The notes under the pieces were generated by a model, which was given only the letters and a program-made list of their open reading frames with translations, was not told the DNA's origin and searched no databases. A DNA stretch of 58,625 nt, the filler included, from Basidiobolus ranarum (Eukaryota): NCBI GenBank assembly GCA_040143965.1. It is 3 parts of 3 records of this genome, joined end to end, with 100 filler letters (N's around TTAATTAATTAA, not from the genome) between each part and the next. Parts side by side here need not be neighbours in the genome. Positions count along the whole stretch, not along the records: positions 19,654 to 39,094 come from JASJQH010007125.1; 2 more parts are not named here. The stretch is one strand, 5' to 3'. Positions 23,036-34,166 of the stretch are shown piece by piece; the stretch's first letter is position 1, and the number at the start of each line of letters is the position of its first letter. A program made the position numbers and the translations under genes.

Positions 23036-24508
23036 TTAGCTTGTAGAAGAAAGATCAGATTCTCTCACTTCATCTAAAGTGTCGGTGTTAACATTAGAGC
23101 CTATCCGAGCGAGTAAGAGGCGAAACTTTAAGCGTAGACAATCGAGATAAATTCGTTGTAAAGTTCCCTTGACGATGCCCGCATGAATCAAACGAAGGTA
23201 AGAGTAAAATTCGCATATCGTATACAATCGATCCCGACAAAAAGGGCAGATCTCCTTGGCCTCGGAGTCGTTATCTTCATAAAAGAATCTATAAAATAGG
23301 GGAGTTTGTATCACCTGTAGACATAGTGTACATCCAGTCTGTGGCTTTCTAGACATAGAGTCTCGGTACACTCGTGTTGCCGTTTCAATGATCAATGTTC
23401 CACCTTGGATGGAGGATGTAAGCTTACGCTGTTGAAACCAACCACGGACATTCATGGATTCGAATCTCATAGAAGCGTCTATGTCTTCAGCAATACAACG
23501 CTTTACAAACTTCGATGTCAACAGATTTTTGGGTGTCTTTGGCGATTCAAAATACTCTTTAAACTCGGCAAATCGGTAATCACACAAGTGGAAGGTAAGA
23601 ACGTGACCATTGAATGTCGATCCTTCGACATCTGAACTGTAACAGCTATCGTAAAGCGATTCTTGACGAGAAAGCACCGACACCCTGCTCACTGGTTCAT
23701 TAACGCACTTGGCCTCATCCTTTTCCTTTTCTTTCTCCTTCTCCGCCTTAGCACGTTCACTAAGCCATTGAGTTTTCTCTTTCTCCAATTCCTCCATTCG
23801 TAACTTCAGCTCATCGAGTTGCTCCTTTTGAAAGGCCATGAGATCCACCAGTTCGGCATTCTGTTTCTCAAGGGTTTCGTTGCGGTTTTCTATCTTTGCA
23901 TAAAGTTGCTTCTGCTCCACCACCATCTTATTAGCCTCTTCGAATAATTTAGTAGAAAGGTCCTCTAATTCATGTTCGATTTGACACTTTTCAAGTTCGA
24001 TTTCCCCACGCATCTCCGCTTCAGCCAAGAGTTTTTCATTCAGACGTAACATATCATTTTCGAGTTGAGAATTTCTTTTTTGTAGGTTTAATTTCAATTG
24101 AATTTTTTCCTTTTCATTTTGTTGAGTGATGAGGTCGATTCTGAGTTGATCATTTATCACCAAACATTCTTCATATTCAATTTTTAATGAAGTTAACTGT
24201 TCTTGAAGGTTCATATTTTCTTTTCTTATATGTTGAAGGATTTTTTGCGTTTCTTCGTTCTGATTTTTCAACAATTTTTCTAAACAAACGATCTGTTTCG
24301 AGGAAGCTTCCAAGTTTGATAATAAATTTTCTCTTTCTGAGCGAGAGTTGAAGTTTTCGGTGGAGTCTTCTTTAGGGTCGGTGTTGTTGAGAAGTTCTTT
24401 TGGTAGTAGAAAGGGAGTAGGGGGAGTGGAGTTGGAGGTGGGTGAAGGTAAGTGGGAAGGAGTCTCATTATTTTGAGCTCCACAATTCCAACACTTTAGT
24501 GTCGACAT
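23036..24508 (-). CDS. SEC2: Rab guanine nucleotide exchange factor Sec2/Rabin8-like
   Basis: Coiled coil with the Sec2 signature IEHELEDLSTKLFEEANKMV. C-terminal FVKRCIAEDID..RF, CTLC...ICPFCRDRLYTICEFYSYLRLI and RLKFRLLLARIG. Confidence 0.9.
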   Translation of the reverse strand: MSTLKCWNCGAQNNETPSHLPSPTSNSTPPTPFLLPKELLNNTDPKEDSTENFNSRSERENLLSNLEASSKQIVCLEKLLKNQNEETQKILQHIRKENMNLQEQLTSLKIEYEECLVINDQLRIDLITQQNEKEKIQLKLNLQKRNSQLENDMLRLNEKLLAEAEMRGEIELEKCQIEHELEDLSTKLFEEANKMVVEQKQLYAKIENRNETLEKQNAELVDLMAFQKEQLDELKLRMEELEKEKTQWLSERAKAEKEKEKEKDEAKCVNEPVSRVSVLSRQESLYDSCYSSDVEGSTFNGHVLTFHLCDYRFAEFKEYFESPKTPKNLLTSKFVKRCIAEDIDASMRFESMNVRGWFQQRKLTSSIQGGTLIIETATRVYRDSMSRKPQTGCTLCLQVIQTPLFYRFFYEDNDSEAKEICPFCRDRLYTICEFYSYLRLIHAGIVKGTLQRIYLDCLRLKFRLLLARIGSNVNTDTLDEVRESDLSSTS

Positions 24509-26157
24509 TGTGAGAGTAGAAGAGGAGAAATAGGAAGGAAATGGTGGAGTGTTTTTTTGAATTCAGGAAGATTTTTTCGAAATCTAGTTGACGATAGTGT
24601 TCAAGTAACTAATAACTAGTCAAACTTCAGTAACTAACAGGGGAGAGAGAACAAGAGTGTTTCGAGGAAACTACGAAATAAAACTAGCAGTAGAAGATAT
24701 TCAAAGGAGAAGCAGTGAAAGGGATAACGAACAATAAGAGGGTGTTTGTGAGAGGGAGTGGGAGCGGGAGCGGGAGGGAGATATTAGGAGTTAAAAAAAA
24801 GTTTAATGATTCTGCGAATTAATAAACTACTTATACATATCAATTCAAATCAATCAACCGCATGTGAATAACATGGCTCAGCAGAAGTTACTGGGGAGCT
24901 CAGATACATTGAATCATTAACTAATTAAGGAAGGTGAGAGTGAAGGTGGCGTAATAAGTAGCAGCAATTAATATGAAACCTCTATTTAGCTCTGGAACTG
25001 GAAAAACAATTGGACAACAGCAGTACCGGCTTTGAAACGCTTAAACTACTTCGAAACACGATTGAAACATGAGTAATTTTACTCCTCTATTTATGCATAA
25101 TCAATTGAATTACCTACGAATTACCAGCTCCCTGAGCGGGCAGCTACCATTTTGGTTAGTACCTTGATTGGTTCTATTTCCTTTTTCCATCTTCACCCTA
25201 ACCCTCACTCACCCTTCGCCCTAGGGTGAGTTGACTCTTATGCAAGGATTGTGAGTTTAACTGCACCTCGTCAAGTAGTGTGTTAGATGAAGAATCGTTA
25301 CTCAAAGAGCTCGTGACGATGAATATTAATCACAAGCTAGAGCTCGATTTTGCATGCTTATCCAGTTGCCGACTGAGCCCTACCCTATCTATATTATAGA
25401 CCAACCTCATTCAGCATTCAGCTAAAGCGGAGATCTACTGTGATCAAGTGACCCTCCGGACAAAGCGCTTCTATCTATATCTATGCCGAACTGTTTCCAG
25501 TTGAGAAAACAGATAAAACTGGAATTGTCGCAACTTATTCTTAACCTCAAGATACTGAATGTTCAGGTAAAGATTTTTGAAGACGTTGGTTAGCTGACAT
25601 CTGTGTTGACTTATAGTTGGTGATGTTGATAGCAAAGATGTAGTGCGTTGGATATTGATTGGTGTGCACGATTTCAGATGCGCGCTTCAGGTAATGAAGT
25701 AGCGGAGTACATAAACGTGTGCCAACTTGTTTAATAGTTGGAAGAACCATCCAATTTGAAGCAAATAATTGGGGGAAAATGATCGAATTTAATTGAAATT
25801 TGTCGTCAACATTCCGATTATTGTTAGATCATTTTACTTACGAGTTGGCTCTGGAAATACCCGTAGAAGCATCATGTGAAGCGAGGAGTATGATATCGAA
25901 ATCGTAAAGGGTTATGATCTTAATCTATTTTAAACCTGTCGAAGAAAAAATAGATGTTATGTAATGCCGGAACTTTGGATTTCTTTAATGAATATCCATT
26001 TCCTTACAATCATTCAACCATCTAGGGATGAGTGAAGCAGCCGATAAAGTGCTTAAGGTAGTAATCATCGATGCTGAGCAGTTGTGTCTATTCTTCTATA
26101 TAAGTATTCACTCACACACCTGAATGTCAAACAGTTATTTAGTGTTATTCAATCAAT

Positions 26158-27225
26158 ATGATTTCAAGAACCTGCCTTCTCTTCGTTACTAGTCTTGCAT
26201 TGACAAGTACATTCTTAACTTCCCCTGTCTATGCAGTTGTAGATGTAAAAGTTAATCTAGGAAGCAATGGATCCAATGGTGGAAAGAATTCTTCTCCTGC
26301 TGCAGGTACCTCCTCAGTCACTGCTACAACTAGCCTACGTTATTTGGACCAGACCTGTGGTGCTCAGATCGGTTCATGTGCTCCAGGACTATGTTGTAGT
26401 GAATATGGTTATTGTGGGTATACTTCTGATCATTGTGGGACCAACTGCCAGCCAGCGTACGGTGCCTGTGACGATGGGACTTTGGCCACAGTAAACACTG
26501 GTTGCTCTGTTCCGGGCACCTTTGCTGTTACTTTTGATGATGGTCCCAGTGTACTCACCTCCGGATTACTTGACTATCTACAAAAACAAAAGGTAAAGGT
26601 CACCTTCTTTATGAATGGACTAAACTGGAAGAGCTACGACACTCTGAATCCGATTCTTGGTATTTATAAACTTGCTGATGTGGTTAAACGCGCTTACGAC
26701 TTGGGTCATCAGATATGCTCACATACTTGGGGACATGTGGATCTTATCCAAGTGAACGAATACAATATAACTTATGAAATAACCCGGCTTAACAATGCTT
26801 TTGCCACTATACTTAACAAAGTTCCCACTTGTCTCAGACCACCGTATGGCGACACTGATACCACTTCACTCAAGGTTTTGAAACGTATGGGATACACAGT
26901 GGTAAATTGGAATGTCGACCCCGTAGACTGGAATCCCGTAAATACCATTGATGAGATGTTCCAAGGATATGTGAACCAAACCGGATCGACCGATCCCACT
27001 ATAGGCAAATTTATATCTCTTGACCATGACGTTTGGAATACTACTGCCGACTTCAGACCTATCAACTACCCCAAAACCATCCCGTTAGCACAACGAGTTA
27101 TCGAATACCTTAAAGGTCGTAACTGGAAACTTGTCAGTCTACCCGAATGTCTTGGGAGTACCAAGGCTTTCTATCGCGATCCCAATCCATCAGATCGCGT
27201 ATGTGGATCCAGCGGATGTCCTTAA
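26158..27225 (+). CDS. Secreted chitin deacetylase (CBM18 hevein module + CE4/NodB domain), copy 1
   Basis: Signal peptide. Hevein CGAQIGSCAPGLCCSEYGYCGYTSDHCGTNCQPAYGAC. CE4 motifs TFDDGP, HTWGH, RPPYG, DPVDW and LDHD. Intronless. Confidence 0.93.
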   Translation: MISRTCLLFVTSLALTSTFLTSPVYAVVDVKVNLGSNGSNGGKNSSPAAGTSSVTATTSLRYLDQTCGAQIGSCAPGLCCSEYGYCGYTSDHCGTNCQPAYGACDDGTLATVNTGCSVPGTFAVTFDDGPSVLTSGLLDYLQKQKVKVTFFMNGLNWKSYDTLNPILGIYKLADVVKRAYDLGHQICSHTWGHVDLIQVNEYNITYEITRLNNAFATILNKVPTCLRPPYGDTDTTSLKVLKRMGYTVVNWNVDPVDWNPVNTIDEMFQGYVNQTGSTDPTIGKFISLDHDVWNTTADFRPINYPKTIPLAQRVIEYLKGRNWKLVSLPECLGSTKAFYRDPNPSDRVCGSSGCP

Positions 27226-28140
27226 ATATGATTTAGAAATAAGCAGATATTATCAACACTTCAATACCCTAGATATTCGAATAAATTTATACCAATTAAC
27301 CATAAATATTATAAAATAAATACCCTAGATATTCCAATAAACTGTTAGTAATTAACAATCAGAATTGAAAGAGCGCAACATTGATATTCCAAGAAACTTT
27401 CCACAAGAGATGCTATCTGCCTGGGGATGCTAGTAGGAATGTGAGCAGACGCGTGAAAGTGAAGACCAATAGAGAGTCTCAATCTTTGTGTCTTGTAGGA
27501 CATAGGTTGACCGAGAACAAGTGTGTTACCGACCTTGATCAGAAGATAAGCGAACTGGTATTTTATCTCCTTTACCCCTCTCACATACCATTTCATAAAT
27601 ACCTAATCACTGATCCGAATTTGGCGTTACCATGGTAGGCCGCATGCTCAGTTACACAGATCCAATTTACTGGATACCGAATCCTGAAGTCCGATCCAAA
27701 CTAGCCCAGAGCGGATTAAATCAATGGCCAATAATCGATAAAGCCGTGAGACAGCTAGCAAATCAAGTAGCAAGGATGGAAAAATGCAGGATTGGTTGAA
27801 CTAAGTCCTTTGTACATTTAGCAAGGTCTATTCTCGAATATGGTGCCTTATAGATGGCAGAAAATAGGCATTCATCTTTTCATATATTCCAAGCGATATT
27901 GTATTTGGAGAGATAGTAACGAATCCTTTTTTAAGAACAACTTTAAAGGGTCATGCCTAATTTCGATGGGATATCGAGCTATGTTGAACTAAGGTTGTGC
28001 TTATGGGGAAGGTGACCGAGCCATATAGCCAAAGCCACCTCAAGTATTATTATCCACGGTATCAGGCCTAAAGATATAAATACAAGCGAGAAAATGCTCT
28101 CAACCTCACAAATCAATTGTATTGATCAATAAACACCAAG

Positions 28141-28755
28141 ATGTTCTCTCCTCTTAGAATCTTACTCGTTGCTTCCCTCGCAGTTACCTGCCTTGAAACT
28201 GTGCTCGCTGAGAGAATGAAGTTTACTTACTACTGGATTTCTGAAGAGAGTGATTTCACTGGACCTAAGGATGTTGAGCTCCAAAGCTGCTCTGGTGAGA
28301 CTCTTGCTACCGTTAGTCAGCAATTCGCCTCCGCTGCTCGTATGGAGGGTACTGCTATCTTGGGTGATGGACAAGTGATCAATCTCCAATGTGATTGCAA
28401 CGGTGGTTATAGCTGCTTCTCTTTCATCAACGAGGAACTCTACCCATATGGTTTGGGTGCTTGGGATAATGCTCTTGTACCTTTCGTCAGTGTAGCTTCC
28501 AATGATCTTCCCCAAGGTACTCTTTTGATGGTTAAGCAACTTGAAGGACTCCAACTACCCAATGGACAATATCATAATGGATGTGTCCGTGTTGACGATC
28601 AAGGCTGGGGATTGATTGACAAACAAATTGACTTCATGGTTGGTCTTGAGAAGTACTACGTTAAGATGGACAACAGATACGAAAACTATCTTAACTATGT
28701 CGATGTCAGACGTACTCATTGTACTCCTGGTACTTACAAAACCATCCGGGATTAA
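28141..28755 (+). CDS. Secreted 3D-domain / MltA-like double-psi beta-barrel protein, copy 1
   Basis: Signal peptide. FTYY first strand, SVASNDLPQGTLLMV (cf. 3D IAVDP..IPLG), CVRVDDQG (cf. AxDTG) and QIDFMVG (cf. RIDxF). MEGTAILGDG resembles the MltA QGSG..l.DG segment. Intronless. Family assignment is by motif recognition only. Confidence 0.7.
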   Translation: MFSPLRILLVASLAVTCLETVLAERMKFTYYWISEESDFTGPKDVELQSCSGETLATVSQQFASAARMEGTAILGDGQVINLQCDCNGGYSCFSFINEELYPYGLGAWDNALVPFVSVASNDLPQGTLLMVKQLEGLQLPNGQYHNGCVRVDDQGWGLIDKQIDFMVGLEKYYVKMDNRYENYLNYVDVRRTHCTPGTYKTIRD

Positions 28756-29769
28756 ACATATTAATTCCAACCTTACATTACATTGATTGTAATTCAGAAA
28801 ATGAAATCTGGTGATTGGAATTTTCCTAAAGATTATTTGTTATTGATAGTTATTAAAATAAATCTACTTGTTTTAATGGCCACTTGATATTGTTGTATTA
28901 AAAGTGATATTTTGGTAGTTCTACTGCACTTACTGGATAATATCTTAATTATCTCTGTTCTAGTAATTTACTAGTCAATACAGATAGAGAGCAGTTGTAA
29001 GCAATCCTGGATGTTCCCTTTAAATAAAAATGAATTAATGTGTTAGAATAGAGGTAATCTGCGTTATTTTGATATACCATTTCCTAATAGACTGGCTTTA
29101 TCAGTTACTTTAGGAGATTTCGAGTTGGATGGATTTATCCACCTTTACCCATCTGTTGGCATGACCTTACATCCTAATATGGGATAGCCTCCTAAAAGTA
29201 TCGAATTCTAAAAACTATCAAAAGATTTCTTTCCACTCAGACCCATTACCAGACAAAAGCAAAAATCTTCCGCACTATAAATTTATTGAATATGCGTATG
29301 AACTTCCTTTATGTTTACAATCTCTTCAAAATGCCTAATCTTTTTGATTAGTAAGCAACGTCACGTGATTCTCAATAATGTATGGTATTTTTAAAACTTG
29401 TATAGATTCAGCTAAATAAAAGAGTGTTAATTCTGATGACAAGTGATGATTTCTCGTGTGCTTCAAAATTCGAATGAATTATCCACTTCAGATACAAAAT
29501 CACCGAGCTCCCAAATGGTAAAATTATAGTGATGATTGGCGATTACATCTATGGTTGAATCACATCCACTCCCACCACAGTGTATGCTTACCAATTAGAG
29601 ACATTTAGAAGGTTGACGACAGTAGTTGATGAAATTCGTCACCACTCGAATTGAATTACTAATCCAACTTTACTATTTAAAGAAAGATATCCTACTTGAC
29701 TTTATGTATTATTCACCCACCAAAGCACTATTTTCATTTCGACACTTCAGAAACCTCAAATCTTTCATC

Positions 29770-30495
29770 ATGTCTAAGCCCAACATTACTGTCTACACCG
29801 CCAACACCCCAAATGGACAGAAGGTCACTATCGCACTGGAAGAGCTTGGTATTCCCTACAACTTGAAGACACTTTCTTTTGCCAAGAATGAACAGAAGGA
29901 GGATTGGTTTTTAAAGATCAACCCTAATGGCCGTATCCCAGCCATTGTAGATCATTCACGAAATGATTTCCCAGTATTTGAATCTGGGGCCATTCTTCTT
30001 TATCTCGTTCAACATTATGATCCAGAGCATCGATTATGGCCAAAGGACCTTGATCAACAGTCCGAAGTGATTCAGTGGCTTATGTTCCAAATGGGTGGAG
30101 TCGGTCCCATGCAAGGACAAGCTAACCACTTCTTCCGATATGCTCCCGAGAAAATCCCTTATGGCATTAACCGATACAATGCAGAGACAAAAAGATTGTA
30201 CCAGGTACTTGACGGAAGACTTAAAGATAGAGAGTATCTTGCTGGTGATCAATTAACCATTGCTGATATTGCCCACTTCCCATGGATAGCAGAGCACAAG
30301 TGGTGTGGCGTTAGTATAGATGATCTTCCAAATCTCAAGGCATGGTTGGAAAGAATCGACAATAGACCTTCTATTGAGAAAGGTTGTGGAAAAGAGTTTC
30401 TAGAGGAGCGTAAAAAGCGTAATGCTGATCCAGAGGCAGCGGAAAAGGTAGCTCAAGAGGCATCCAAATGGATCGTACCTGATCAAAAGCAGTAG
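29770..30495 (+). CDS. Glutathione S-transferase, Ure2p/YfcG/YghU (nu-class) type
   Basis: [54 protein letters not shown] and [10 protein letters not shown]. Likely start MSKPN at 29770. Confidence 0.93.
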   Translation: MSKPNITVYTANTPNGQKVTIALEELGIPYNLKTLSFAKNEQKEDWFLKINPNGRIPAIVDHSRNDFPVFESGAILLYLVQHYDPEHRLWPKDLDQQSEVIQWLMFQMGGVGPMQGQANHFFRYAPEKIPYGINRYNAETKRLYQVLDGRLKDREYLAGDQLTIADIAHFPWIAEHKWCGVSIDDLPNLKAWLERIDNRPSIEKGCGKEFLEERKKRNADPEAAEKVAQEASKWIVPDQKQ

Positions 30496-30559
30496 TGAAA
30501 GCAGTAGTAAAAGTAGTAGTAAAATCACCTAACCCCAACTGTTTTTAGTGATTATGCAT

Positions 30560-30628
30560 TCATTCAATAGCTGGTTTCAATCATTCAATAGCTGGTTTCA
30601 ATCATTCAATAGCTGGTTTCAATCATTC
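30560..30628. repeat. Perfect 21-bp minisatellite (TCATTCAATAGCTGGTTTCAA) x3.3
   Basis: Units at 30560, 30581 and 30602, plus a partial unit at 30623. No spacers. Confidence 0.92.
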
Positions 30629-31072
30629 TGTGGCTGATGAAATCTTTAAGCAACAACAATACATGCACATGCACATATGAGTAAAAATTCGTTTACCAAA
30701 CCTCCACATCACTCGGAATGTAACCAATCAGTCACGAAATAAAGCTTGATTTGACCATTCATTACAATTCTGACTTCAAAATATGCACCTTGAGATACCG
30801 CACTCAACTCTAGTCTCATTAATCACTTGGAGTCTTTATTGAATGGGTAGTAGAGGGGGAAGTCGGCGCAAACTAGTAGAGATGCAATTATTTATGTGGT
30901 AAACCCAATTATGCCAGTTGATGTGGTAAAATCTAATTACGCCAGTTGACGCATCCATCCAAATAAATACACAATTGAAGGAAATTAGAGTTACTTTGGG
31001 AAGATTTATTATGTTCAACAAATCAGTTATTAATAAGTTGAAAAACCAATTGTTACGTATATGTTGATATGT

Positions 31073-31460
31073 TTAATCGAAAAGACCGAAACCCATATCA
31101 TCATCAGATTCTTCCTTAGCTTCTTCCTTCTCTTCAACGACAGGAGCATCGGTAGAACCGCTGGCAGCAACACCACCGGCAGCAGCAGGGGCGGAACCAG
31201 CAGAACCAACGTTCATCAATAAGTCGCTGAGGTTCTTGCCAGCCAAAGCCTTGGCAAAGAGGGAGGCCCAGACGGGTTCAACATCAACACCAGCAGCTTT
31301 GGTGAGGGTGGAGAGTTTGTCGGCCTTCAAGTACAAATAACAAGATATTAGTTATCAATACGAACATGATTTATGGTACAAATTTCCAACTTACGGTGAT
31401 TTCAACACCGTCGTCTTGGAGGATAAGGGAAGCGTAAACAATGGCTTGTTCGGCGGACAT
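31073..31460 (-). CDS. RPP1: 60S acidic ribosomal protein P1
   Basis: Exon 1 [22 protein letters not shown], intron ~31326-31394, exon 2 [27 protein letters not shown]...[13 protein letters not shown]. Confidence 0.96.
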
Positions 31461-31618
31461 GTTCTAAAACCTGCACAAAGGAACGATTGTAGAGAAGGAA
31501 GAACACGAATTCCATATGGATTCCTCTTTTTAACTATCCTGAGTAAATGGGGATTTTTTATTCATGATTGATTCAAATCAACATCAGCTTTCCCGATAAA
31601 TTTTAAACTATTGACAAA

Positions 31619-32950
31619 TTATGATGATGCGTCTTTGCGTGGAAGCAACTGCTCTCGAATTTGTACCCAAAGAATCGACGTGATAAAGGCAGTCAATTGT
31701 GGTACTCCATCTCCCTTGGTAATGTTGAATCGAAGCTTAGATTCACCAGTCGCGAGATTGAGTTGTTCTTGCAAAGTTGGGAGATTTGGATTGGATTCTA
31801 TATATAAGCTGATCATTGGTGGATATTAGAGCGATTATAGTTTAGAAATTCAAAATGCTCTCTTACCTATCCTCTACTATTTTGATGTCCAAATCTACCA
31901 CATAACCATTATATCGTGTGCTGAACTGAAGATCACTAATTCTCGGTGAGAAATCTGCATCGATCTTCAATCTAACATTGAATGCAATGTTATCTGAAGA
32001 AGCTGGAGTGTTAAGGATACTTAGTTATTGTCATTTGCACCAACCAATTGATGAAGTGTGACTTACGCGGAAACGATGGATTTTCCAGATTCTTTGGTTG
32101 TATTAGCTCCAGATACCAGTATCTCAGAAGTTCTGTGTACGATCTGATTGTACAGCTCTTAAGATTCTCGTAATATTCACAACAATTCTCTGTAATCAAT
32201 CATTAATAAACTATCTCTAGAGTAGCTTACTTCCGAATATCATACCTGGAAGTAATAAGAAGTCCATTTCTAATTGTGAAAATTTTCTATCTCGTTCCCG
32301 ATCTGCTCGCATATTCTCCATCTCCTGACACTGTTCTTCTAAAGTGATTGTATCAAGCCAAATTTTTTCAACTTCGGTTCTAAACCAATGATAATCGATA
32401 TTAAGTAAACGAAGTAGCATTTCTTTGAAGAGTGTTATGTATTACTGTTCATCTTCCTCTGAAGTTTCCATTGGTTTTATCGGATTTACTAGAGAAAGTT
32501 TCCGTTGTGCAAAGTCAATCTCTTCATTTACTTGTATACGACGTAAATCCAACTAAGTTTCAAAATAGATAATAGGTGAAATCAGTACTACCAAAGGGGA
32601 GGGTACTTAATTTACCCCTTCTCTACATGATAACATGACTTACTTCATATTGTCTATTTATTAAAGTACCCTTTCTTTCTTTGAGTTCCAAAAGGATTCT
32701 TTGTAAATCTTGTGCCGACCCATGTGCTTTTTCTAAAGTATCCAATAAAGTAGCTAAAAGTAGGTTTAGCCAAAAGACAAACAACTACTGTTGAAATAGA
32801 GAGATTAGGTTATACTTGAATATTTATCAGGCTCAGAGATATCTTCCAAGGTGGTTCGAAGTATTTCTACGTTCGAGTGAAAACTTTCTTGAAGATCTGA
32901 AACGTATGACATAAAGGAAGGCTTCTCTTTCACAGTAAATTCCAACGCTA
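31619..32950 (-). pseudogene. Multi-exon hypothetical coiled-coil gene, possibly disrupted
   Basis: A chain of coding-like segments bounded by GT-AG sites (FTVKEKPSFMSYVSDLQ; AQDLQRILLELKERK; LDLRRIQVNEEIDFAQRKL; HWFRTEVEKIWLD; NIAFNVRLKIDADF; ...RKDASS*). An in-frame TAA (CAG TAA TAC) lies near 32443. The 5' extent is unclear. Confidence 0.4.
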
Positions 32951-33788
32951 TGATAAATAAGTGATAATGGTGAATAATTCCACAATATCTAGATGTTTAT
33001 TTCCACATAATTATCCCAAAGTTAGGAAAAGAGATCCATGATAATTATCAAAAAAATTGAATAAAGAAATCAATATCAATCATTGATTGATCTTTTAAAA
33101 AGGGAATAGTCAGATATTTATTCAATGGTTGGTCATATTTTTCGTCTTTTTAAGTTAGTCAATGCTTTCGCGTGTTGTGGTAAAAAGTCACCATTATGTT
33201 TCCTAGAAACAGTCCACATCGATTTGTAGTGATAAAGACGCTTCCAAGGTAATCATAGATTGATTCCTGGCTCGGCAGAACGTTTCTTACGTTGTCTCTT
33301 GACATGGAATAGAGAGGATTCTGGGAGTGGTATCCTTGGATGAGGTGGTATACCTGGCACTCCCCTCACTCGCCCCCTTCGCAGAATATCTCTATGGAAA
33401 GTATGACACGACTACGCTTAGCCCAATTTCTAGAATAACTAAAACTGCGCATTCCTTGGATTTGACACACTTGTATTATACTTTCTATTAGTTTCATAAA
33501 GTTTTGAGCTTAAGTGACCATAGGCTGCGGAGTATCTACCAATGATATATATAGATGCGGAGGTTAGATCTGAGACGAGAACTTCGATTAAGATAAGGTT
33601 AAAGTTATCAAAACAGAAAGAAAGGAACAAATGATTAAATTAACTTCCTATTAATGAGTCAAATGATCAAATGAGATGCCAAGGTTTAGTGTCACTTGAG
33701 TACCCTTTTTATAAACTTTCACCTCCCCCTTTTGAAGAGGAATCAATATAAAAAGGATAGGGTGATGCGAAGGAATCTACAATTCAAC

Positions 33789-34166
33789 ATGGTCTACAAT
33801 AATATCAAATCCTTCAAAAAACGTTCGGCTTTTGACTTTACTTACGATCCGATTTACGCTGTTCCCGATTATAAAAGTATCGGTTCACCACGCATTACCA
33901 CTGACAACTTTCACTCCATGTATATCAGTAGTCAGTTTGGTAACAAGCCTACCACCGTCATCATAAAAACCAAGGAGAATCACATCATTAAGCCAACCAC
34001 ACAGCCAACATATAATTTGGAGAGCAATTGGAGGACCACCTGGAATGGGCCCACCAGAAGTCACACTAAACTCCGCACGATAAAGAGCAAGAAAGGGGAT
34101 AAGAAGCGGTGCGACTCATCCATTGTAGTATGTATTCTCAAGAAACTGCGGTTCTGCAAGCAATAA
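33789..34166 (+). CDS. Small basic hypothetical protein
   Basis: TATA-like tatataaaa at ~33746 and an ATG in caacATGg context. Open frame MVYNNIKSF...CILKKLRFCKQ*. No family recognised. Confidence 0.4.
   Translation: MVYNNIKSFKKRSAFDFTYDPIYAVPDYKSIGSPRITTDNFHSMYISSQFGNKPTTVIIKTKENHIIKPTTQPTYNLESNWRTTWNGPTRSHTKLRTIKSKKGDKKRCDSSIVVCILKKLRFCKQ

Larger units (their letters stand above)
26117..28880 (+). repeat. Left arm of a ~2.7 kb diverged inverted duplication (deacetylase + 3D-domain gene)
   Basis: Reverse-complement similarity to ~36515-39094 in both CDSs, the 3' UTRs and intergenic blocks. The inner boundary is approximate. Confidence 0.9.

Noticed and set aside
25207-25231. 9-bp hairpin ACTCACCCT-N7-AGGGTGAGT
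   Set aside because: Short and isolated; explained by the local ACCCT/AGGGT motif density.
30560-30628. Repeat array as a possible CRISPR
   Set aside because: The units are contiguous with no spacers, the context is eukaryotic and there are no cas genes.
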